From Candidatus Poribacteria bacterium (GTDB taxonomy: Bacteria > Poribacteria > WGA-4E > WGA-3G): a DNA stretch of 64,000 nucleotides. How positions within the stretch are numbered: position 1 is the first letter of the stretch; the number at the start of each line of letters is the position of its first letter. The DNA is taken from positions 1,179,428-1,243,427 of the forward strand of contig OZ244821.1 in assembly GCA_965220325.1 (NCBI GenBank), written 5' to 3'. The position numbers were made by a program, and so were the translations under genes. Positions 56,284 through 64,000 of the stretch are shown here, piece after piece. Below the pieces are notes generated by a model. That model was not told the DNA's origin. It saw only the letters and a program-made list of their open reading frames with translations, and searched no databases.

Positions 56284-59200
56284 CTATTTCCGTATCAACA
56301 GTTTCCGGGTCGCAAAATAATTGCCCGCTTTGAGGGTGTAGAAATACACGCCTGTCGCAACCTTTTCACCGAGCTGATTCCGTCCATCCCAATGCGCCGC
56401 CTTGCTCCGACTTTGGTAGATACCCGCAGGCTGGTGCCCCAATCGCAACTTCCGCACGATCCGCCCCCGCACATCGTAGATCGTTAGCGTAACTTCTGCC
56501 GGTTTGGCGAGCTGATACGGTATCCACGTTTCAGGGTTGAACGGGTTCGGGAAGTTAGTCAAGAGTGCAGTATTATCAGGAATCACAAGAGATGTTTCAA
56601 GGGATGGCGCAGCACCTACGACATCCGTGACATTGATGGTAACGGTAATACTATCAGTCCCACCCTTCCCATCAGAGACAGCGACTTTGACCGTATAAGT
56701 GCTCTTCGTTTCAGCATCAAGTTCAGCGTTAGTTTGGAGTTGACCGGATGATTTAACAATACGAAACGAATCCGCATCCGTGCCACCGAGATGATAAGTG
56801 AGTGTATCCCCGGTATCCTCATCTGTGGCAGCGACCACACTGCCGATGTTTGTACCGGAAGCGGTGTTTTCTGCTACAGAACGGGTTGTGCTATCACCAT
56901 CGCTAAACACAGGGGCGTTATTATTTGCTACTGCAGGAATTGTAATATCTAAGGTTAAACCTGGATGACCTTCAATTACCTCAATTGCTGCCTTGAGTCG
57001 ACGGAGGGGACCATAATCCAAAATCTGATTCCCCGACAGACCAAGTTCTGTGAGTGCGGTCAAGTTTTCAAGCGCAGAAACATCGCTTATGGAATTGTTA
57101 TTCAGAGCGAGTTCTGTGAGTGCGGTCAAGTTTTCAAGGGCGGATATATCACTGATCCAATTGTTAGACAGAATGAGTCGTTTCAGTGAAGTCAAGTTTT
57201 CAAGGGCGGATATATCGCTTATGGGATTCCAATGCAGATTGAGGTCTGTGAGTGCGGTCAAGTTTTTAAGGGCGGATATATCGCTTATGGAATTCCAATC
57301 CATCTTGAGGTTTGTGAGTGCGGTCAAGTTTTTAAGGGCGGATATACTGCTTATGGAATTACGAGACAGATCGATCCAATTCAGTGCGGTCAAGTTTTTA
57401 AGGGCGGATATATCGCTTATGGAATTGTAACTCAGAAAGAGCTGTTTCAGTGAAGTCAAGTTTTTAAGTGTGGATATATCGCTTATGGAATTATTATGCA
57501 GATATAACCATTCCAGTGCGGTCAAGTTTTTAAGGGCGGATATATCGCTTATGGGATTGAAACCCAGAAAGAGCCATTTCAGTGAAGTCAAGTTTTTAAG
57601 GGCGGATATATCGCTTATGGAATTGTGTTTCAGAACGAGGTTTGTCAGTGAAGTAAATCCATCAAAATCACCAACCTTTAGTGCCGTTATTCTTCTGTAG
57701 TCAATGCTAAGGGAAGTTATTGCAGCAAGATGGGCTGCAGTCACATCGGCGGCATTATTAACATTCGGTACCGCAGCAACAATTGCATCTCGCACCTGTC
57801 GTGTGCGTTCATTGACCGGAGTAAATTCGGATACATCCGTCACATTTATGGTAACGGCGATGCTATCACTCCCGCCGCTGCCATCAGAGACAGACACTGA
57901 CACGGAATAAGACGACTTGCTTTCATAATCCAAGGCGGCACTCGTCTGCAGTTGCCCAGAGGTCGAAACAATACGAAACGAACTTGCATCCGTGCCCCCC
58001 AAAGTATACGTGAGTGTATCGCCGCTATCCGTATCTGTCGCAGCAATAGCACTGCCGATGTTTCTGCCGGAGGGAGTGTTCTCTGCGATGGAGCGCGTCG
58101 TCTCGGTGCCATCGTTGAAGACAGGTGCGTTGTTAGGAGCCGCACTCACTTGAATTGAGAACGTCAGCGTGGCTGAAAGTGTTCCATCACTCGCCGTATA
58201 GGTATAGGTCGCTGAAGCTGTCTCAGTTGTAGGTGTTCCAGAAAGCGTGCGCGTTGAAGCCGTAAAGGTCAACCCGGCAGGGAGTGCTGGTGTCACCGTG
58301 TATGTGATCGTATTGCCAGCATCAACATCGGTTGCTTCAGGCAAGGCCACCGACGTGATTGCTGTTCCTGCGGTGGCAGAAATATTACTGATGCTTGCTC
58401 CCGCACTGAACGCTGGTGCCTCGTTGACGTTCGTGACATTAATCGTGACGGCGATGCTATCACTCCCGCCGTTTTTATCAGAAACAGATACTGACACAGA
58501 ATAAGACGACTTGCTTTCGTAGTTTAGGGCAGCACTAGTTCGGAGTTGCCCGGATGTGCCGACAATACTGAACAAGGAGGCATCTGCGCCACCTAAAGTA
58601 TAGGTGAGTGTGTCGCTGGTATCCGCATCTGTCGCAGCAACGGGACTTCCGATGTTTGTACCTGAACGGGTGTTCTCAGCAACAGACCGAGTAGTGCTGG
58701 TGCCATCGTTGAATGCGGGGGCGCGGTTCTCATTCACATCTGTAATATTGATGGTGACGAGGACGCTATTGACAAGACCCCCGCTATCCGTCGCGCGGAC
58801 AGCCAGATTGTTGTAAGTGCGCTTCGTTTCATAGTCAAGAGCCGCGCGGGTTTGCAGCTGCCCTGTCCTTGCGTCAATACGAAATACGTTTTTATCGCCC
58901 CGCTGAAGCGAATAGGTCAGTGTATCGCCACTATCGGGGTCTGTGGCCTGGAAGGGCCTGCCGATGTTTCTGCCGGAAGCCGTGTTCTCTGGGACGGAGA
59001 GTGTGACCCTTCCAAAAGTGCTGAAACTCGGTTTCTCATTGACATCTGTAACACTGATCGTGACGGCGATGCTATCTGTGCCGCCATTGCCGTCGGAGAC
59101 AGAAACCGTGACAGCGTAGGAGTTGTCTGCTTCATGGTTCAGGGCAACATTGGTTTGCAGCTGCCCGGAGGTGGAAACAATGCGAAACGAGGACGCATCC

Positions 59201-60672
59201 GTGCCACCAAGCGTATACGTTAGTGTGTCGCCGGTATCCACATCTGTCGCAGCAATAGCACTCCCTATGTTTGTACCTAAAGCGGTGTTCTCAGCAACAG
59301 ACCGCGTCGTGCTAGTGCCTTCACTGAATGCGGGAGCACGATTCTCATTGACATCTGCAACGTTGACGGTGACGGCGATACTATCACTCCCACCATTACC
59401 ATCAGAAACAGACACCGTCACGGAATAAGATGATTTCGTTTCATAATCTAACGCAGCACTCGTCTGCAGCTGTCCTGATGTAGAAACAATGCTAAATGAA
59501 GACGCATCCGTACCACCAAGCGTATACGTTAGTGTGTCGCCGGTATCCGCATCTGTCGCAGCAATAGCACTCCCGATGTTTGTGCCAGATGCCGCGTTCT
59601 CCGCAACAGACCGCGTCGTGCTGGTGCCGCTTGTGAACACGGGTGCGCGGTTCTCACTGACATCCGTGACCTTGATGGTGACGAGGACGCTATTGACAAG
59701 ACCCCCGCTATCCGTCGCGCGGACGGCCAGATTGTTGTAAGTGCGCTTCGTTTCATAGTCAAGTGCCGCGTGGGTTCGCAGCTGCCCTGTATTTGCGTCA
59801 ATACGAAACGCTTTCTTATCGCCCCGCTGCAGCGAATAGGTCAGTGTATCCCCGCTATCGGGGTCTGTTGCTTGGAAGGGAGCACCGATATTTGTGCCGG
59901 AAGCCGTGTCCTCTTCGACGGAGAGTGTGACCCTACCCGAAATGTTGAAACTCGGTTTCTCATTGACATCTGTAACATTGATCGTGACGGCGATGCTATC
60001 TGTGGCGCCATTACTATCGGAGACAGAAATCGATACCGAGTAGGACGACTTGCTTTCATAGTTTAGGGCAGCACTGGTTCGGAGTTGGCCCGATGTGCTG
60101 ACAATACTGAACGATGCCGCATCCGTGCCACCCAAAGTATAGGTGAGTGTGTCGCCGGTATCCGCATCTGTTGCAGCAATAGGATTCCCGATGTTTCTGC
60201 CAGAAGCCGTGTTCTCAGCAACAGATCGCGTGGCACTGTCGCCATCGGTGAAGGTCGGAGCGTTGTTTCCAGCCGTTTCATCAACATCCGTGACATTGAT
60301 TGTGACGCTAATGACACGTCTACCCCCATTGCCATCGTCGACAAAAATGGCAAACGAGTAGACGCTCTTCGTTTCATAGTCCAAGGGTGCTTTGGTGCGG
60401 ATTTGACCGGTATTGCTGTCGAGAGTAAATGCTGTTCCATCCAGCCACCCCTTAGTATAGGTGAGTGTATCGTTATCTGCATCCGTTGCAGCGACCGGTG
60501 CGCCGATGTTTACCCCGGCCGGTGTGTTCTCTGCAATAGAGCGTATTGTGCGGTTACCGTCTATGAATACAGGTGCACTGTTCTCATCGGCATAACCTAA
60601 TATATGTGTGCAAAAAATTATAAAAGCGGTTAGGAAAATTGATACGATATACTTTTTGTTTTTAAATAGCAA
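56284..60672 (-). CDS. giant secreted adhesin: about 12 cadherin-like repeats, a central leucine-rich-repeat block, and a T9SS-type C-terminal sorting domain
   Basis: Signal peptide. Repeated APVF.DG..TTRSVAEN...NIG..IAATD.D.GDTLTY.LGG.D...F.I....GQL.T..ALDYE modules. LRRs (LTSLK.LFL..N.ISDISALKNLTAL...). The C-terminus NFPNPFNPETWIPYQLAKPAEVTLTIYDVRGRIVRKL...WDGRNQLGEKVATGVYFYTLKAGNYFATRKLLIRK matches the Por/T9SS CTD. Confidence 0.8.
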   Translation of the reverse strand: MLFKNKKYIVSIFLTAFIIFCTHILGYADENSAPVFIDGNRTIRSIAENTPAGVNIGAPVAATDADNDTLTYTKGWLDGTAFTLDSNTGQIRTKAPLDYETKSVYSFAIFVDDGNGGRRVISVTINVTDVDETAGNNAPTFTDGDSATRSVAENTASGRNIGNPIAATDADTGDTLTYTLGGTDAASFSIVSTSGQLRTSAALNYESKSSYSVSISVSDSNGATDSIAVTINVTDVNEKPSFNISGRVTLSVEEDTASGTNIGAPFQATDPDSGDTLTYSLQRGDKKAFRIDANTGQLRTHAALDYETKRTYNNLAVRATDSGGLVNSVLVTIKVTDVSENRAPVFTSGTSTTRSVAENAASGTNIGSAIAATDADTGDTLTYTLGGTDASSFSIVSTSGQLQTSAALDYETKSSYSVTVSVSDGNGGSDSIAVTVNVADVNENRAPAFSEGTSTTRSVAENTALGTNIGSAIAATDVDTGDTLTYTLGGTDASSFRIVSTSGQLQTNVALNHEADNSYAVTVSVSDGNGGTDSIAVTISVTDVNEKPSFSTFGRVTLSVPENTASGRNIGRPFQATDPDSGDTLTYSLQRGDKNVFRIDARTGQLQTRAALDYETKRTYNNLAVRATDSGGLVNSVLVTINITDVNENRAPAFNDGTSTTRSVAENTRSGTNIGSPVAATDADTSDTLTYTLGGADASLFSIVGTSGQLRTSAALNYESKSSYSVSVSVSDKNGGSDSIAVTINVTNVNEAPAFSAGASISNISATAGTAITSVALPEATDVDAGNTITYTVTPALPAGLTFTASTRTLSGTPTTETASATYTYTASDGTLSATLTFSIQVSAAPNNAPVFNDGTETTRSIAENTPSGRNIGSAIAATDTDSGDTLTYTLGGTDASSFRIVSTSGQLQTSAALDYESKSSYSVSVSVSDGSGGSDSIAVTINVTDVSEFTPVNERTRQVRDAIVAAVPNVNNAADVTAAHLAAITSLSIDYRRITALKVGDFDGFTSLTNLVLKHNSISDISALKNLTSLKWLFLGFNPISDISALKNLTALEWLYLHNNSISDISTLKNLTSLKQLFLSYNSISDISALKNLTALNWIDLSRNSISSISALKNLTALTNLKMDWNSISDISALKNLTALTDLNLHWNPISDISALENLTSLKRLILSNNWISDISALENLTALTELALNNNSISDVSALENLTALTELGLSGNQILDYGPLRRLKAAIEVIEGHPGLTLDITIPAVANNNAPVFSDGDSTTRSVAENTASGTNIGSVVAATDEDTGDTLTYHLGGTDADSFRIVKSSGQLQTNAELDAETKSTYTVKVAVSDGKGGTDSITVTINVTDVVGAAPSLETSLVIPDNTALLTNFPNPFNPETWIPYQLAKPAEVTLTIYDVRGRIVRKLRLGHQPAGIYQSRSKAAHWDGRNQLGEKVATGVYFYTLKAGNYFATRKLLIRK

Positions 60673-60892
60673 TATCTAAGCTCCTTTATCGGTATTCAAT
60701 GAAGGTTAGCAATCCCAGTCCTTATCTGCTTTCAAGAGCGGTTAAATTGACATTCAGCGGTATCCGATCCGGTTGTTTTGATTGAAATCAGATACTATAG
60801 ATATACTTATATCCTTTTTTAGATAAAAATGAATATAGTACTTTATGATGCGATAAATAGAGGATATCTATCACAGGAAAAGGACACAACTT

Positions 60893-61022
60893 AGTTAACG
60901 TAAATGATGTTGGGACAGTTTCAAAAATTTATGTATTTTACAACAAATTGACCCAACATCAGTAAATTATACTTTGCTTCAATTGATAAGTCAAATTAAA
61001 TTTTTAGAAAACTACCTAATTC
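60893..61022 (-). promoter_or_regulatory. second copy of the promoter-operator module, upstream of the giant adhesin gene
   Basis: Minus-strand TTGACTTATCAATTGAAGCAAAGTATAAT, then GATGTTGGGTCAAT...ACTGTCCCAACATC. The predicted TSS is about 285 nt upstream of the start codon. Confidence 0.55.
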
Positions 61023-61179
61023 GCCTAAGAAACGTCTAGTAAATTCAGAACGTCATATCAGACTTCACAACAAAAAATTTCTACCAAAATAGGTATACGT
61101 CTCTATCTTTTCTCAGGACAATTTAGTTTTCGGTTTCGATCTTGGTTTTGGTTGACAGATGTTAACGTTTAGATGCCAG

Positions 61180-61326
61180 GTCGCGAGCGTGAAGAAATCC
61201 GCAGAAATACCCAGGCAATACGCAGAAATACCCAAGCAAATACACCCCAAGCAAATACACTCGCTCCTACCGGGGAAGCGTATTCACATAGATAAAGTGA
61301 ATATGTAAAACTAAACACCCCTGCTA
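61180..61326 (+). repeat. REP copy with a 70-bp loop insertion made of CAGAAATACCCARGCAAATAC repeats
   Basis: GTCGCGAGCG[insert]CACTCGCTCCTACCGGGGAAGCGTATTCACATAGATAAAGTGAATATGTAAAACTAAACACCCCTG. Confidence 0.6.
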
Positions 61327-61446
61327 TCTTTTCTCTGAAAACCTTGAATTAGAGAGAGATTTTTGATATAATAATAAATTAACAGTAGTCGTGTTCGTTC
61401 GTATAAGAATAGATTCTACAATCCAGTTTAGGAGGCTCCGAATAGC

Positions 61447-64000
61447 AATGAATTCTCTGAAAGACCTTATTCAACGCTGTCATGAACGGCATGAAAAGCC
61501 TCTTCGACAACGCAAGACAGTGTCAACACCTGCGATGTATATAAAGGATCGCCCACGCCAGTACGCGGTTTACTGTGCACACCGCTTCCCTGTCATGCTT
61601 CATGATTTAGAACAAGCGGATATCTCTCTCATGCCTATGGGACGCGCACCTTGGCATGATCGGGGGCCCGGGGATTTTAGGGGCAAGCGGTTCTTGAAAC
61701 GCCAAGGCATAACGGATTGGAGCGCTAAACGATGGGATGCTTCGTGGGGTATTCAATTGTATACTGGTATCCCTTCGGAACGTAATGGTGCGAGATGGCA
61801 CGATCTACACTTCAAGTATGAGGCGATCTGTGCTGCACCAGAGGCAGTTGTCGCTTGTATTGAGGCACTTGTTAATATTGTTAATAACCCGCTTTTAACA
61901 TTAGGGAAGTCCGGCGGCATCCGCTTCTCCTGTAGAGTCCAAGATTATCTCCATCCCAATACCGAAGCAGCGAAATTATATATCTATAAAGACACCCTGA
62001 TACCGGAAAATGTGTATCAACGCGATGTATATCTCGAAATATTTGGTCAAGAAGGGCACACACGCTGGGATGCCCGCTATGAGATACTCATCGGGAATCT
62101 GTTAACGCCACCGGTCATCGCCAAAGAAGTCCTTTTCGCGCCTATTGACGCCCTCCGTGTGAAACTCCATGAACCTGCGCCTGATAGCACAGAAGCGAAG
62201 CAGATTGTCACCCCTGTACCGCTATCGCTCGGTTCAGAGAGCCTTGATCTCGCAAGAGAGGCGTTCTTGCAACGTGGATTCTCTTATGTCAGACAAGAGG
62301 ACGGCCTTTACTACTGGACGCTCCCTGAAGGCACTATTGGCAGCGAAGATGTCCTACTCTCGGAAAGCGATGGGGTGGTGTGGGTCAGCGCAGCTACGCC
62401 TGACATGGGGCTGCCAACGCAATCCACGCCAATCACAGAGGTTTGGGATGATACAGGTATTCTGTCCCCACTATCTGCAACAAGTACCTCTACACCTGTG
62501 AAAGTGAAACAGGTACGAAAAGATGAACTCAGCCCGTTGGCGATAAAACGTCCACCACCGGTATTAGGACAACACGGTAACACCGAAGAGGATGAAATAC
62601 TCCAAAGGGATGTGTTTCGGATAGAAAGCATCTTTGACGGAGGCGTACGTATTCTTGGGGTTATTACAGGGATAGGTCCTTGGGATAAAGAGTCAGAAGA
62701 CTCATATTTCCTTAGTGGCGGTGTAATTTCCGTAAATACGCCGGAAATCAAATTCGCTGAAAGCACTGAAAAATACTTTCGAGAGCAGAATATACCATCG
62801 GTGGCTTACTGGAAGCCTCGAACACACCGATGGGAACACGTGAAAGACATACCCACTAATGTCCGGATGAAAACACCTTTTCAACATGGAAATGTCTGTG
62901 AAGACTCAGAACGATGTTCAGCACTTGAGGAAAAAGGTGGAAATCCGAATGAAAGTATCTGTCCACAGTGCTCCGTCTATTCAGAGTGTCAGCAGCGTGG
63001 ATACTTATCCCAATTTGCCGCATTTCGACAGGCAAAAGTCCAAATGTTGACGATTCCGCAACTGTTTTTTGATCCCCAATATACTGAATTGGTGGAACAG
63101 ATCCTCGAAAGAGACGATGAAACCGAACGACTTTGTGTGCTCAACCAACAGCGCACACATAAACTATTCCTCGAATGTAAACTCTCAAAAAACATTATGG
63201 AGGAATGGGCTGCGAACTGGCAGAACTGTGCCTTAGGAAACTTCGCAAAAACATTGCTGAGTGCTTTGGAAATTGAAGGCAAATCTTACGACGATGCCGT
63301 CAAAGGCGTACGCGCAGTGATGCAGACTTTTGAATGGCAAGAGGACACACTTATCCAGCAGATGTGTCAAGTTAGAGTGCGGGGTAGGACGGTGGCGAGC
63401 GAGATCGTTGACACTGATACCGGAAAGACGTTGGCACGCTTTAGCATCAAATTTGAAGGTGGTGCCTCCGCTTACATCCCCTTAAACAAAAACGCAGCGG
63501 ATAAACTCAACGCAAAAGGACTTCCTGTCTTTCTGCAATCCGTTCCGCTTAATGAAGACATAAAAGTTGTAATGTCGATGGCGCAAGCGATTTCATTAGG
63601 GATATTGGATACAAAATCAGTTGAAAGCATTCAAGCGTTTCCAACCGTCTGTCGCGAGCAAAGTTGGACATTTTGGCATCAACTTAAGCGTTTCTTTGCA
63701 CATTACACGCGAGACTCAGACGCACCTATTCGATGGGATGGTGAAGTCCTGCAGTTTTGGGTGCCCCCTGTGCTCCATACAAGCGTCAAACGCCTTTTGT
63801 TGGTATCGTCAGTATTCTCAGAGCAACATCTCCACAGAGTGTTTCCCAATGAAAACCTTGAGACCTACTGGACCGAACCCATACCGTGGAGTCAGGGAAA
63901 CCGCGTCTTTCAGGTTCGCACAGGGGTCTATCCATCAGAAGCCATTCTCGACTACTACAACTGGAGTAATGTAAGTGTCTCTGAAACAGGTCAACGTTTT
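61447..64000 (+). CDS. large uncharacterised protein (>850 aa, 3' end outside the window) with a Cys-cluster zinc-ribbon-like motif
   Basis: ATG 61447, preceded by AGGAGG. Open to the window end. Contains C-x6-C...C-x2-C-x5-C (CEDSERCSALEEKGGNPNESICPQCSVYSEC). The N-terminal 170 aa has a weak primase-polymerase-like pattern (GIQLYTGIPSE...HDLHFKYE...LGKSGGIRFSCRV) lacking catalytic DxD/H. No Walker motifs. Confidence 0.5.

Noticed and set aside
56965-60600. Numerous 60-170 aa plus-strand ORFs
   Set aside because: They are antisense to the 1462 aa adhesin gene and arise from its internal cadherin-module repeats. Their periodic similarity reflects the sense-strand repeats.
1-64000. tRNA, rRNA or other canonical RNA genes
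   Set aside because: By inspection of the non-coding stretches for T-loop/anticodon-arm patterns and rRNA-like conserved blocks, nothing convincing was found. Not checked computationally.

Overview
This 64 kb window is a bacterial chromosomal segment of about 50% GC, apparently from an uncultivated lineage. It mixes housekeeping genes with an unusually heavy load of small repeats, and several multi-domain proteins, including a TPR-TaqI_C fusion at 41880-43706 and a >850 aa orphan ORF at the window end, are unannotatable; the clearest new-biology leads are the MITE-borne promoter shared by the peroxidase and giant adhesin genes and the shared C-terminal TTWG(E/K)LKS tag.

Housekeeping content:
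- leuC and leuD
- a 2-oxo-acid dehydrogenase E2 subunit
- pgi
- a cytochrome b plus Rieske protein pair
- a peptidoglycan-recycling cluster (AmiE-like hydrolase, NamZ, AnmK)
- a sigma-54-type two-component system adjacent to a pseudopilin and prepilin peptidase
- two enolase-superfamily enzymes and two Gfo/Idh/MocA oxidoreductases

Repeats and mobile DNA:
- A REP-associated tyrosine transposase (RAYT) at 14767-15240 is flanked by inverted REP elements and a REP tandem array. Dispersed REP copies (GTAG plus palindrome) occur at about 905, 14415, 21497, 26310 and 61180, and several carry insertions in the hairpin loop.
- A second family, MITE-like with TTTGGACAAT terminal inverted repeats and a paired-hairpin core, flanks an AT-rich island (19560-24060) carrying a class II Fic AMPylator gene.
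- A related short palindromic module carrying a consensus sigma70 promoter is duplicated upstream of both a cytochrome c peroxidase gene and a 1462 aa cadherin/LRR adhesin that ends in a T9SS-type C-terminal sorting domain.
- A third family is hairpin microsatellites of (GGAAGG)n/(CCTTCC)n bounded by GGACTTACGCA inverted repeats. One copy is inserted in-frame into anmK.
- A fourth small palindromic family is AGGCTAACAGCCT.

Other content:
- a VapBC pair
- an orphan DUF2281-like antitoxin with a decayed VapC stub between leuC and leuD
- a beta-class DNA methyltransferase fragment with a PD-(D/E)XK nuclease at the window start
- an orphan alpha-class DNA methyltransferase
- Rpn and Uma2 nucleases carrying in-frame acidic tandem peptide repeats
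- a truncated idi gene fragment
- a PspA gene translationally coupled to an ABC transporter
- two secreted proteins sharing an unusual C-terminal ...TTWG(E/K)LKS tail
- a TPR protein fused to a type IIG/TaqI-like target-recognition domain that lacks any methyltransferase domain
- a >850 aa uncharacterised ORF running off the 3' end

No rRNA, tRNA or CRISPR was detected. The 42-bp tandem arrays have no spacers.
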